A DNA stretch of 64,000 nt from a bacterium (GTDB taxonomy: Bacteria; J088; JAWLBW01). The stretch is taken from contig JAWLHK010000006.1 in the NCBI GenBank assembly GCA_041690355.1, positions 124,001 to 188,000 of the forward strand, given 5' to 3'. The notes beneath the pieces were generated by a model. The model made no database searches. It was not told the origin of the DNA and was given only the letters and a program-made list of their open reading frames with translations. This document shows positions 47,046 through 57,101 of this stretch, piece after piece. Positions within the stretch are counted from its first letter, which is position 1, and every line of letters starts with the position of its first letter. The position numbers and the translations under genes are program-made.

Positions 47046-48704
47046 TCAGTCCTCGAACGGCAATGTGACACGAAAGTGAGTCCCCCCCGGGCTGCTGTCA
47101 CAGACAAGCGTCCCGCCGTGATTCTCTACGAACGTACGTGCGAGATAAAGACCGAGGCCCATGTTGTTGCGACCCGGCGGTTTCCCGGAGAAAAAGGGCT
47201 CAAAAATGCGATCAATGTGCGCTGCCGGAATCCCCCCCCCACAGTCTTTGAAGTCGACCAGAATGCAGCGGCCTGCGACGTGGGTCTCGACCGTCAGGCG
47301 TCCCCCCTCTCGCATGGCGTCCAAGGCGTTGAGGCCAAGATTCAGGAATACCTGTCGAAGCTGGTCGCAGACACCGAAAAGCTTCGGGCACTCGCCTTGC
47401 GACCGGTACTCGATGGCGACTTTGTGGCTCCTCGGATCGAGCTGGAGTGTCTCAATCGTTTCAGCAAGCAGTTTCGGTACGTCGCAGAGAGCAGCCCCGT
47501 CATCGGTCCCGAATTCGAACGATGAGATGCGCCGGAGTGTCGCTTGGATTCGCTCGGTCTGCGCCAGGAGAAGGGGCACAGATTCTCGGCAGAGTTTGGG
47601 ACCTTCAGCCGCCCGAAGGCGCTGCAGCCGCGTCGAAATGAAGGCCAGCGGGTTACCGATTTCGTGAACGATGCCTGCCGCCAGCATTCCTACCGCCGCG
47701 AGCCTGCTTTTGGATTCGAGCTCCTTTTCGAGCTTTCTTCGCTCGGTCACGTCGTAGAGTACGCCACTGACCCGGCGGATTCGTGACAGGTCGTCGACGT
47801 CAAGCGCGATCCGGCCATCGACCCAGCGACTCTGTCCGTCAGGTCTGTGAATTCGGTAGCGAAGCGAGTGTTGTATGGTGCGGCTGCAGTGGCCTCGGGT
47901 CATGCGGGTAAAGACCTCGCGCGCCTTCTCTCGACTCATACCCGTCAACATGGTGGGTTCAGCCGTAATCTCGTCACGAGACCTGCCAAAAAGCGCCTCG
48001 CACGCTCCGGAGAGATACAGGAAGCGACCCTCTGTCACGCCGTATATGAACGGCACGGCGTCGATGTTGTCAAGAACGCTCGAAAGCTGCTCCCGGGTCA
48101 AGGCCTGCTCCATGTCGCTCCGTCGAAGCTCGACTGCGGTGCGAATCAACACGACCGCTTCGTCGAGGAGCAGCCTGTCTCGTTGACGTAGTCTCTTCGG
48201 TTTGGAGAAATACAGGTCCAGAACCCCGAGTGGGCTGCCCTGCGAGTCGAGAACTGGCCAACATGCAAGCCCCTGAATGTTTTCCTGTTCTGCGGCAGCC
48301 CTGAAATCGGTGGGGAGGTCGCACTGCCGAAGATCCGGCAGCTCAAGGCATTCCCGACTGCGAAGAGCGACGGCCGATGGCGACGTACTATGGGCGACCG
48401 GCGTGCAATCGATGGTTTCAAGAAACCGGGGTGTCAAGGATGGCGCAGCGGCCCGATTGAGCGTCTGCCTGCGGTCATGCAGAAGAAACACCGCGCACCG
48501 CACGTCTGCAATCTGTGCCTCCATCGAAACCAGCAGGGTGAGAAGAACGTCAGGGAGGCGTTGACGAGAACCGAGCGCTCGGAGGACATCGAACGCCATT
48601 GCGTGTCTGGCCAGGAGGCCGCCGGTAGGCCCGCGTGGGCTTGTGTTATCAATTGTCGGGTAGCGGGGCGTCGCCAGCGCCTCAGGGAGGGGAGAGTCGG
48701 ACAT
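47046..48704 (-). CDS. GAF-PAS sensor histidine kinase
   Basis: HEIGNPL H-box, NLGLNALDA, DCGGG, GLGL; no TM segments. Confidence 0.9.
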   Translation of the reverse strand: MSDSPLPEALATPRYPTIDNTSPRGPTGGLLARHAMAFDVLRALGSRQRLPDVLLTLLVSMEAQIADVRCAVFLLHDRRQTLNRAAAPSLTPRFLETIDCTPVAHSTSPSAVALRSRECLELPDLRQCDLPTDFRAAAEQENIQGLACWPVLDSQGSPLGVLDLYFSKPKRLRQRDRLLLDEAVVLIRTAVELRRSDMEQALTREQLSSVLDNIDAVPFIYGVTEGRFLYLSGACEALFGRSRDEITAEPTMLTGMSREKAREVFTRMTRGHCSRTIQHSLRYRIHRPDGQSRWVDGRIALDVDDLSRIRRVSGVLYDVTERRKLEKELESKSRLAAVGMLAAGIVHEIGNPLAFISTRLQRLRAAEGPKLCRESVPLLLAQTERIQATLRRISSFEFGTDDGAALCDVPKLLAETIETLQLDPRSHKVAIEYRSQGECPKLFGVCDQLRQVFLNLGLNALDAMREGGRLTVETHVAGRCILVDFKDCGGGIPAAHIDRIFEPFFSGKPPGRNNMGLGLYLARTFVENHGGTLVCDSSPGGTHFRVTLPFED

Positions 48705-48984
48705 AAAAAGGGTGTCTGAGAAGTAAATAAAGGATGGAACGTTGACAGTCCCGCAGAGAGAAGCGGTCCGGTTACCTATCTGTCCCTATTATGCAAGATT
48801 ACACGAGAATGGGATCTTTTGCAGGGACCGATTTTCTGCCCGGTGCGCTCAGATTGCAGAGCGCAGTGGGCTGAGCCATCTGCCCCATGAACAGGGGCCG
48901 GCCCGGCGCCTCACGCGGCGGGAGCCATCTGACGTGGCAACTGTGGTTGATCGACGATCGGTGAGCGGTGGGTGCCGATCGCGC

Positions 48985-49938
48985 TTACCGCGCCGCCGGC
49001 GAATCCATCCGCACGGGCACGCCGATGGGCATCGTCTCGATGGTGAGCTGCGGCCGAATCTCGGCCGTCGTGCGCATGAACTCGCGGAAATCGACGAACC
49101 AGAGCTCCTCCATCGGCTCGTCGAGGGGGACGAAGAAGTCGTCGAAGTGAAAGGGGATCACGCGGCGCGCGCCCACGGCGTCGACCACGTCGCGCAGGTA
49201 GCTCTCCGTATCCGCCCGGCCGGCGATGCCGAGCAGCACCGTGTCGGCCTGAATGCCCTCGAACATGCCGGGAACGATTCCGGCGCTGGCATGATGCAGC
49301 ACGGTGCCCCGCGGATGCTCAATCAGGATTGAATAGGCTTCACCCAGGCGGTACTCGTCGACCGAGGCGGGGGGCGTCAGCGGTTCGTCGATCGTTCCGG
49401 GATAGGGAATGCGGCCGAAGAGCGCCTTGCCGTGCTCCGAGCGCAGGATCGTCAGGCGGAACTTGCCGGCCGTGAACACCGCACGGTCCTTGACGACCCG
49501 CATCTGCGTCTCGGGCAACCCCATGCCGCGCGCGATGTTGGCCGTGCTCTCCGACCCCACGACCACGGCGTTCAGCTTCTGCGCGAAATACGGCGCGTCC
49601 ATGGCGTGGTCGTAATGCGAGTGCGAAACGAAGACATAGGGAACGTTGCCGGGCTGCATGCGCGCGAGCCAGGCGTCGGCGACGTCGGTCTCGATCGGCA
49701 GATCGCGTTTGAACCCGACGGTGAACAGGCCGTAGCGCGAGACGTACGGGTCGATCAGCAGATCCGTCTCCCCGTCCGAGAGCAGAATGCCCGCCGTACC
49801 CATCCACACGGCCGTGAGCGCCGGCGCGGTCCCTTCCTGGGCATAGGGAGGGAGCAGGTGGCTTTCATAAACCTGCGTGAACGAGGGTCCGCACGCGGTC
49901 GCGACGAGGGCCGCCATCGCCAGCAAAAGCGCGCGCAT
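48985..49938 (-). CDS. Metallo-beta-lactamase-fold hydrolase, probable lipoprotein
   Basis: LVATAC lipobox; LLIDPY; SHSHYDH; PFHFDDF. Confidence 0.85.
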   Translation of the reverse strand: MRALLLAMAALVATACGPSFTQVYESHLLPPYAQEGTAPALTAVWMGTAGILLSDGETDLLIDPYVSRYGLFTVGFKRDLPIETDVADAWLARMQPGNVPYVFVSHSHYDHAMDAPYFAQKLNAVVVGSESTANIARGMGLPETQMRVVKDRAVFTAGKFRLTILRSEHGKALFGRIPYPGTIDEPLTPPASVDEYRLGEAYSILIEHPRGTVLHHASAGIVPGMFEGIQADTVLLGIAGRADTESYLRDVVDAVGARRVIPFHFDDFFVPLDEPMEELWFVDFREFMRTTAEIRPQLTIETMPIGVPVRMDSPAAR

Positions 49939-51398
49939 CAATAGGCCCCTTTCCCCGTAATGACCACGCTGACAGTCTTGAAGAGAATCGTCAGATCCAG
50001 CGAGAGCGATTTGTTCTTGATGTAATAGAAGTCGTACTCCAGGTTCTCGTGCAGCGGCAGATCCTTGCGGCCGAGAATCTGCCAGAGGCCCGTCACGCCG
50101 GGCAGGGCGTCGAGGCGCTTGAGCTGCCAGTCTTCGTACGTCTCCACGATGAACGGCATTTCGGGGCGCGGGCCGACCAGGCTCATGTCGCCCTTGAGCA
50201 CGTTGAAGAGGTTCGGCAGCTCGTCGAGACTCGTCTTGCGCAGGAAGCGGCCCACCTTCGTGATGCGCGGATCTTCGTCGCTCTTCGGCGCCACCGCGTA
50301 CTTCGGCGCATCCACGTACATCGTGCGGTACTTGTACATGACGAAATTCGTGCGGAACCGTCCCACGCGCTCCTGCGTGAAGACGACCGGCCCCTTCGAG
50401 TCGAGCCTGATGGCGAGGGCGATGAAACCGTGCAGGAGCAGCAGAAAGGGGAGGGCGAGACCGCACAGGACCAGATCCATGATGCGCTTGCCCCACTCAT
50501 AGTGCGCTTCGGCGCGGCCGCTCTTCAGATCGAAGATGGGAAAGTCTTCGATGAGGTCAATCTTCGTTTCGTGGGCGAGCACGCCGAAGAGGTCGCTGAT
50601 GACGCGGAAGCGGACGTCGAAATTCTCGACCTCCATGATCATGCGCAGGATGTCGCGATGTTCCATCGAGGGGATGGCGACGATGACTTCCTGAATATCT
50701 TCCCGACCCACGACCTCGGCCAGCTTCGCGCGTGTGCCGAGCACCGGCGCCTTGCCGATGGTCAGGTTGGTCTTGCTCGGATCGTCGTCGAGAAAGCCGA
50801 CGACCTTGTAGCCGACCTCGGGGTGATCCTGGATCTTCTGGAGGGCGCGGGCGCCCACCATGCCGGCGCCGACGATGAGCACGCGGATGTCGGCGATGCC
50901 GCTCGTGCGCAGTTTCGCTTCAAAGCGGCGGTACAGCGAACGGGTGATCGCGAGAAAGAGCAGGCTCAGGCCCCCCTGGGTGAGGATGACCGCGCGCGCA
51001 AAGTCGAACTCCTTGAAGAAGAACGCCATCGACGCGAGAATCAGCAGCCCGATCCACGACGCCTTGATGAGCAGGTTCAACTCCTCGATCCGCGAAATCC
51101 CCCTTCGCTTGGAATAGAGGCCGAACGAGGTATTCGTAATCAGCCACAGGGCGACGATGAGCGGCGTCGCGACCAGATAGGCGTGGAAGGGGTTGATCGG
51201 ATTCTTCAGTGGCTCGCTGAGCAGCCAGCGCACGCCGTAGGCCGACAGCCAGCTCGCGGCGACCGCGAGCGCGTCGAGGGCGACGAGCAGCAGCTTCATG
51301 CGCTGCTGGATCTGGCGTCCGCCGGTGCGCCGCTTCATCGCGCCCGGGGGCGAACCCGCGGGCGATGCCGGGGGCGTCACATCTGTCTGCGTGCTCAT
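49938..51398 (-). CDS. Polyprenyl-phosphate glycosyl-1-phosphate transferase (WcaJ/WbaP-like)
   Basis: KYRTM, DPRITKVGRFLRKTSLDELP, GDMSLVGPRPE. Confidence 0.93.
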   Translation of the reverse strand: MSTQTDVTPPASPAGSPPGAMKRRTGGRQIQQRMKLLLVALDALAVAASWLSAYGVRWLLSEPLKNPINPFHAYLVATPLIVALWLITNTSFGLYSKRRGISRIEELNLLIKASWIGLLILASMAFFFKEFDFARAVILTQGGLSLLFLAITRSLYRRFEAKLRTSGIADIRVLIVGAGMVGARALQKIQDHPEVGYKVVGFLDDDPSKTNLTIGKAPVLGTRAKLAEVVGREDIQEVIVAIPSMEHRDILRMIMEVENFDVRFRVISDLFGVLAHETKIDLIEDFPIFDLKSGRAEAHYEWGKRIMDLVLCGLALPFLLLLHGFIALAIRLDSKGPVVFTQERVGRFRTNFVMYKYRTMYVDAPKYAVAPKSDEDPRITKVGRFLRKTSLDELPNLFNVLKGDMSLVGPRPEMPFIVETYEDWQLKRLDALPGVTGLWQILGRKDLPLHENLEYDFYYIKNKSLSLDLTILFKTVSVVITGKGAY

Positions 51399-52684
51399 GC
51401 CGCAACCTCGCTGCCGCACAGTTCACCTACGATGGCGGCAAGCCGGCCGGCGGCGCCGCGGCGCGTGAAGGGGGCAAGTTGTTCTGCCGTCGGGATGAAG
51501 GTCGCATCCTGCCCCGCTTCGAGCGCGTCGACAAGCGTGCCGAGCACCCGCGCGACCGCGTCGGCGTCTTCGGTTGCCCGCAGGGGATTTTCACCCAGGC
51601 GCGCGAAGACGTCGTCGACCCCGGAGAGGGCGGGGGCCATGGTCACGATGGGCCGGCGCGCCGCCAGGTACTCGAAGACCTTGCCGGGTATCGTGCCCGC
51701 GCCCGGTCCCGGCACGAGCAGGAGCGCGTGGCTCGACTGCATCAGGCGCACCGCTTCAGAATGGGGAACGTAGGGGAGCAGGCGCACGTCGTCGGCGAGG
51801 CCGAGCTCGGCGAGCAGCGTCAGGATGCGCGCTTCGACGTCCTTGTGGATGCCGCCATAGAGCTCCACGCGGAACTTCCCCTCGAGCTCGGGCCGCCCCG
51901 CGAGCAGGCGCGCCAGACCGTGGAAGAAGATGTCGGGCTTGCGGTCGGGATAGAACGTCCCCAGGTGGCGGATAACCCACGGCGCCCCTTGCGGCGGCCG
52001 CGCCGGCTCGCCCTGGAAGTCGGCGGTATCGAATCCGTTCAAGAGGACCTCGAACTTGCCTGCTTCCTCCGGATGCCGTTGCGCAAAGTCCCGGCGCATT
52101 CCCTCCGAAACGAAGAGCACCCGGTCGGCATGGCGAACGACCGCGCGTTCCATGCGGGCATTGATCCGCCGGTGGGCTTCGGTCGGATAGTTCGTGAACA
52201 GATCCGAAGCCCAGGGGTCGCGGAAGTCCGCAATCCACGGCAGCCCCGTGCGCTTCTTGAGCGCGAGACCGACCAGCTGGGTCGAATGGTAGGGCGAGGT
52301 GCTGAACAGGGCGTCGGGTCGCTCTTCGGCGATCCACCGGCGCGCCGCGCGGATGGCAAAGGGGGCCCAGGAGATGGCGTGGTCGGGCACGAGCATCCAG
52401 TCGCGCGCCTGCTTGAGGCGGCTGAACCGGGAGGCGCTGGCGCTGCCGCCGCCCGCCGCCGCCTTGCCCAGCCGTTGCAGCGGCAGGTGCCGGGCCTCGC
52501 GCACGGGCACGCCGGCCACCTCGTCGACGAGAGAGCGATCTTCCGCCTCGCGGCCGGCGCGCGTGACGACCCGCGGCGCCACGCCGAAGTCAGGCAGGTA
52601 GCGCGCGAACTTGGCCGCCCGCTGTACGCCGGGACCGCCGTGCGGGGGCCAGAAGGGGCAGAGCATGAGCAGACGCGCACTCAC
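51395..52684 (-). CDS. GT4-family glycosyltransferase
   Basis: WPPHGGPGVQR, WIADFRDPW, NGFD, PGKVFEYL. Confidence 0.88.
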   Translation of the reverse strand: MSARLLMLCPFWPPHGGPGVQRAAKFARYLPDFGVAPRVVTRAGREAEDRSLVDEVAGVPVREARHLPLQRLGKAAAGGGSASASRFSRLKQARDWMLVPDHAISWAPFAIRAARRWIAEERPDALFSTSPYHSTQLVGLALKKRTGLPWIADFRDPWASDLFTNYPTEAHRRINARMERAVVRHADRVLFVSEGMRRDFAQRHPEEAGKFEVLLNGFDTADFQGEPARPPQGAPWVIRHLGTFYPDRKPDIFFHGLARLLAGRPELEGKFRVELYGGIHKDVEARILTLLAELGLADDVRLLPYVPHSEAVRLMQSSHALLLVPGPGAGTIPGKVFEYLAARRPIVTMAPALSGVDDVFARLGENPLRATEDADAVARVLGTLVDALEAGQDATFIPTAEQLAPFTRRGAAGRLAAIVGELCGSEVAA

Positions 52685-54900
52685 GGGTTCAGCAGCGACA
52701 CCAGGGACGGATGCTTCGCGATGACGGGATCGGCGGCCAGCCTCACGCGGGCCTGCGGCTGGGTCGCCAGCAGGGCCTGCAGCGCCTCGCGGGCCTCGTC
52801 GACGCGGCCGAGCGCCGCCAGTGTCTTCACGCGGGCCTGATCGTACATGGCCTTGTGCGTCGACTTGGGCGAAAGATTGCCGACCGCCTCGAGCGCGACG
52901 AGCGCCTTCTCGGGCTGATTGGCCTCGATGAGCGCGAAGGCGAGCAGCACCTGGGCATCCTGGGCCTTGGTCGGGTTCGTCGCCGCCGCCGAAAGCACCG
53001 TCACGGCCTGATCGTACTTTTCGTCCGAGATGTAGGCCTGACCGGCGGCGAAGAGGACCTCGGGGCGCTTCGGCGCCTTTTCGACCGCCTTCTGAGCGGT
53101 CTCGACGGCCTTCTTCGTATCGCCGTAGCCGATGTAGGCACTCACGAGCAGCGGCACGTATTCGTGATGGTACGACGGATAGATGCGGTAGGCCGCTTCG
53201 AACTCCTTCGCCGCCTGCTCGAACTTGTGCGCCTGGGCATAGAGCATGCCGAGCTGCTTGCGTCCCATGCCGTAGTTGGGCACCAGCTCGGCGGTCTTCG
53301 AAAGATAGAAGAGCGCTTCGTCGAGATTCCGATCGCGAATCGAGAAAATCGATCGGTCGTAGTAGTAGGCCTCGTTCTGCGGGTAGTAGCGGATGGCCTC
53401 GTCGAGCAGCTGGCGCGCCGTGTCGTACTGCTGGAAGTCCTTCATGACGCGGGCTTCCTTGAAGTAGACTTCGGCGCGCAGCACGCGCCACATCCAGGTC
53501 GTGCTGTAGACCCCGTAGATGCTGACGAGCCCCATGGCCATGGCCGAGGCCGGCGCGACGACGTTGCGGGGCACCGCATAGGTCTGCACGGCCGTTTCTT
53601 CGCCGAGCACGCGGCCGTTCATGATTTCGAGCAGGCCCAGCGTGAACATGATGCTCAGGGCCGAACTGGGCACCTCGAAGGGAAAGGCGAAGATGGCGAT
53701 GATCAGGTAGGCGACCACGCCCCCCGCCAGCCCGGTGACGAGCAGCAGGTCGTCCCAGGCGCGCGCCTTGCGGTACGTGCGTGCCATCAGGCGCAGGATG
53801 TTGAGAAGGAACCAGAGAAACACGATGCCGCCGATGATGCCCAGATCGGCGAGCACCTGAATGTACTCGTTGTGGGCGCGCACGACGCGGGTGTTCTTCT
53901 TCAGCGTCATGTTCTCGAGAAAGGGCGACTGATAGAGCGGGAACACGACTTCGAGGTTCGAGAGGCCGACGCCGCGCACCGGGTTGTCGGCGAAGACCTT
54001 GAGGGCCTGGCGCCAGGTTTCGAGGCGAAACGTGATGGCGTCGTCGAACTTGCCGACGGCGATGATCGAGCTGGCGCGATTGTAGACCCGCTGCCCCACG
54101 GGGCTCAGGGCGATCACGACGAGACCGAGGGCCAGCACCGCGGCGAGCAAGCCCGACTGGGCCCGGCTCAGGCGGAAAGTGCCGCGCCGGTACTGGAGAA
54201 CGAGCAGCAGCCCCACGACCAGGGCCGCGCCGCCGAGGCCGACCATGGCCGCCCGGTTCTCCGAGATGAGAAAGTAGAAGGTCTGGGCGAGGGCCGCGGC
54301 GGCGAAGACCGCCCTGAAGAAGCGCCGTTTCTCGACGATGACCATGGCCGGCATGACGAACATGAAGACGGCCATGTACTCCATGACGAAGTTTGTGAGG
54401 CCGATCGTCGTGCTCGGGTCGGGCGTCCCGTACTGATCGCGCGGCAGCGGCAGAACCTCGAAATACTGCAGGAAGCCGTACGAAGTAACGGCGATGTTCG
54501 TGACGGCGGCGACGACGAGCATGCGCGTCACCATCTCGCGGGTGCCCACCGCCTGATAGAGGAGGAAGAGGAAGGGGACGGCCGCGCCGACGCGGGCAAC
54601 CGTCTCCCAGCCTTTGAAGAAGTTGGTCGAGCCGATGAGGCTCTGCAGGGCCACGACACAGAAGAGGGCCAGCGGCAGAAACGTCAGGCCCCAGCGCACC
54701 GTCAGCTGGTTGGTCATCAGGGCGCGCAGAAAGAGCAGCGCGAGTCCCAGGTAGACGAACAGATCGAAGTACAGAGCCTTGGAAAAGAAGTACTCGGTGG
54801 CAATCGGATTGTTGTAGTAGACGAGCGGGACGACGGCGATCGTCAGGTACAACAGGAATTCGATGGACCGGTCGAGAAAACGGATCAACCCTGCATTCAT
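52681..54900 (-). CDS. O-antigen ligase-like (Wzy_C) membrane protein with C-terminal TPRs
   Basis: Many TM segments; FRLETW, AHNEYIQVLADLGIIG; TPR tail. Confidence 0.85.
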   Translation of the reverse strand: MNAGLIRFLDRSIEFLLYLTIAVVPLVYYNNPIATEYFFSKALYFDLFVYLGLALLFLRALMTNQLTVRWGLTFLPLALFCVVALQSLIGSTNFFKGWETVARVGAAVPFLFLLYQAVGTREMVTRMLVVAAVTNIAVTSYGFLQYFEVLPLPRDQYGTPDPSTTIGLTNFVMEYMAVFMFVMPAMVIVEKRRFFRAVFAAAALAQTFYFLISENRAAMVGLGGAALVVGLLLVLQYRRGTFRLSRAQSGLLAAVLALGLVVIALSPVGQRVYNRASSIIAVGKFDDAITFRLETWRQALKVFADNPVRGVGLSNLEVVFPLYQSPFLENMTLKKNTRVVRAHNEYIQVLADLGIIGGIVFLWFLLNILRLMARTYRKARAWDDLLLVTGLAGGVVAYLIIAIFAFPFEVPSSALSIMFTLGLLEIMNGRVLGEETAVQTYAVPRNVVAPASAMAMGLVSIYGVYSTTWMWRVLRAEVYFKEARVMKDFQQYDTARQLLDEAIRYYPQNEAYYYDRSIFSIRDRNLDEALFYLSKTAELVPNYGMGRKQLGMLYAQAHKFEQAAKEFEAAYRIYPSYHHEYVPLLVSAYIGYGDTKKAVETAQKAVEKAPKRPEVLFAAGQAYISDEKYDQAVTVLSAAATNPTKAQDAQVLLAFALIEANQPEKALVALEAVGNLSPKSTHKAMYDQARVKTLAALGRVDEAREALQALLATQPQARVRLAADPVIAKHPSLVSLLNP

Positions 54901-55067
54901 GGTGTGAAAGCCCTCAAGAAAGACAGATCACTTTAGCAAAGGCGCAACCATTAGACAAAGAGGATGCGGGTGGTCGAACGGCGGGGGCCGGGCCGGACGC
55001 CGGGCCGTCGGCTCCTTTGTGGCTGCCGTACTTGCGCCGGCGGCGCCGGGCCGCGACAATAAGGGAC

Positions 55068-55580
55068 ATGCAAATCAGACGCCTACTTCTCGGAATTACT
55101 ACAGTATTTGTGCTCGCCACGGCCGGACCGGCCCAGGCTTTCAACCGGCAGACCCGCCCGTTCGGCGCCGGTTTACTGCTCGGCGACCCGTTCGGAATCA
55201 CGGCCAAGTACTACCTGACGAAGAATACGGCCGTGCAGGGCGCCATCGGCGGGTTCGGCTGGCCGAGCGGGGTGGGGCTGCAGGCCGACTATCTGCTCGA
55301 GTTCCGCAACGTCATCAACACGCGGGGCGAGGCCTTCGAGGTGCCGCTGTTCGTCGGCGCCGGCCTGAAACTGGGCACGGCGCGCACCTGCAACTGGGGC
55401 TGGCGGCGCAGCTGCACCTACGGGCCGATCGCCGGCCTTCGCGTCCCCTTCGGCGCGGCGCTGCAGCTCAAGGATACGCCCCTCGAGTTCCAGCTCGAGC
55501 TCGCGCCGGTCATTTACACGGGTTTCGGGTGGCTCGGCCTCGACGGCGACGCCGGGCTCGCCCTGCGGTACTACTTCTGA
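55068..55580 (+). CDS. Small outer-membrane beta-barrel protein
   Basis: Signal peptide; FGAGLLLGDPFGITAKYY; C-terminal LRYYF. Confidence 0.75.
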   Translation: MQIRRLLLGITTVFVLATAGPAQAFNRQTRPFGAGLLLGDPFGITAKYYLTKNTAVQGAIGGFGWPSGVGLQADYLLEFRNVINTRGEAFEVPLFVGAGLKLGTARTCNWGWRRSCTYGPIAGLRVPFGAALQLKDTPLEFQLELAPVIYTGFGWLGLDGDAGLALRYYF

Positions 55581-56398
55581 GGGGCCGTCGCTTGTTCTTC
55601 GCCGCCGAACCGGTATGCCAGTCGATAGGCCTGATTCCACAGCGAGCGGGTGCGCCGCACGTTGTCGAGAATCGTCTGGCTGCTGGCGTAGGAGACGTCG
55701 GCCCCCAGGCTCCAGCCGCGCCAGCTCAGCCCGAGGCCGACCAGAAACTGGGTCGAAGCCGGAAAGGTAAGATCGCCGGCCGCTTCCCGCTCGGGAAACG
55801 CGACGGCCAGGGCCTGCAGAAGCCCGGCATGGATGGCCAGGGTCATGGGTCGGCCTCCGGCCGGCGTACGCAGGAGTTCGTTGGTGAGATAGAGTCCGGC
55901 CGTGGGCAGGTGCAGGCTCACGCCGCGCACCCCGTGCGGGCGCGCGTAGACGAGGCGGGCCCAGAGCCCCGGTGTGTCGGCGCTCGGCAACAGAAACGGA
56001 TAGTTCCACGTGAGGCCCGCGACGCCGAGGTTCTTCTCGGGCGCCCGTGCGTAGAGCAGTCCGAGCATGCTCGAGCCGGGCAGCGCCACCCCCCCTTCGA
56101 ACGCAGGCATGTGCAGCTGCGGCCCGCCGCCCGGCCAGACTCCCGGCTGGTAGAGCCATGCGTTTTCGACGGGGCTGAAGGCGCGCACGTTATAGGAGGC
56201 CACAAGCCACGGGCGCCAGGCCGCGGTCGTATCTTCGGGTCCCAGGATGGGCGGCGCCGTGGCGAGCGCCAGTTCGTTGACCAGATCGTGAAACTGGGCC
56301 GCCGTGAGCGTATCGGGTACGGTGATGCTGCCGGCTGATGCAGGCGCCGAAAGCAAGAGAACGAGACAGAGAGCGATGAACGGGCGAAAGAAAGACAT
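55571..56398 (-). CDS. Hypothetical secreted or outer-membrane protein
   Basis: Signal peptide; amphipathic strands ending LAYRF. Confidence 0.6.
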   Translation of the reverse strand: MSFFRPFIALCLVLLLSAPASAGSITVPDTLTAAQFHDLVNELALATAPPILGPEDTTAAWRPWLVASYNVRAFSPVENAWLYQPGVWPGGGPQLHMPAFEGGVALPGSSMLGLLYARAPEKNLGVAGLTWNYPFLLPSADTPGLWARLVYARPHGVRGVSLHLPTAGLYLTNELLRTPAGGRPMTLAIHAGLLQALAVAFPEREAAGDLTFPASTQFLVGLGLSWRGWSLGADVSYASSQTILDNVRRTRSLWNQAYRLAYRFGGEEQATAPQK

Positions 56399-56417
56399 GA
56401 ATTCCACAGTGTACAAC

Positions 56418-57101
56418 ATGGTGCGACCGGCCAGAAAGTGGCTTCTGGGAGCCGCGCTCTTCTGGACGGCCTGCGCACCGCCGATCCGGCGTGTCGACGA
56501 CGTGAAGCTCGCGGGCATTCCCGCCGATCAGATGGTCGAGGTCGAGCGCGGCCGCAAGAACCTCGCGCTGGCCCAGGCAGAGCTGGCGAAAGCTTCCGAT
56601 GCCGTGCGCGAGGCCGAGTACGTGACCGACATCCGCCGGAGCGTCGTGCACGTGGCCGAGGCCATGGCGTCGCAGCGCAAGGCTGAATTCGAGCTGGCTT
56701 CGTGGAAGGGGCAGACCGGCGCCGTGGTCGCGGCCGGGCAGGCGCAGTCGGGCGCCGAACGCGATCTGGAGCGGGCCCGCCTCGAGCTGGCGCTTGCCGA
56801 TGCGCGCCTGCGGACGGCGCGCGCGAAGGAAGCCGAAGCCCGGGCCCGCGTCGAGCATGCCGATGCAGAGGTGGAGCTCGAGCGCCTGCGCGTCGCATTG
56901 ACCTATGAAGAGGGAACGCCCGAGCAGAAGGCGGCCGATCTGGCGGCCTACAAGGACGTCCTGGCCAGCCGTGAAAAGGCGCTCGCCTCGGCGGTCGCCT
57001 ATCGGGAGTCGCTCGAAACCGACGTCATCGACACCGAGGCCCGCCTGCGGCTGTTCGACATCGATGCCGAAAAACGGTCGGCGCCGGAGAAGCGTCCATG
57101 A
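56418..57101 (+). CDS. Coiled-coil lipoprotein
   Basis: FWTAC lipobox-like motif; A/E/R-rich heptads. Confidence 0.65.
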   Translation: MVRPARKWLLGAALFWTACAPPIRRVDDVKLAGIPADQMVEVERGRKNLALAQAELAKASDAVREAEYVTDIRRSVVHVAEAMASQRKAEFELASWKGQTGAVVAAGQAQSGAERDLERARLELALADARLRTARAKEAEARARVEHADAEVELERLRVALTYEEGTPEQKAADLAAYKDVLASREKALASAVAYRESLETDVIDTEARLRLFDIDAEKRSAPEKRP

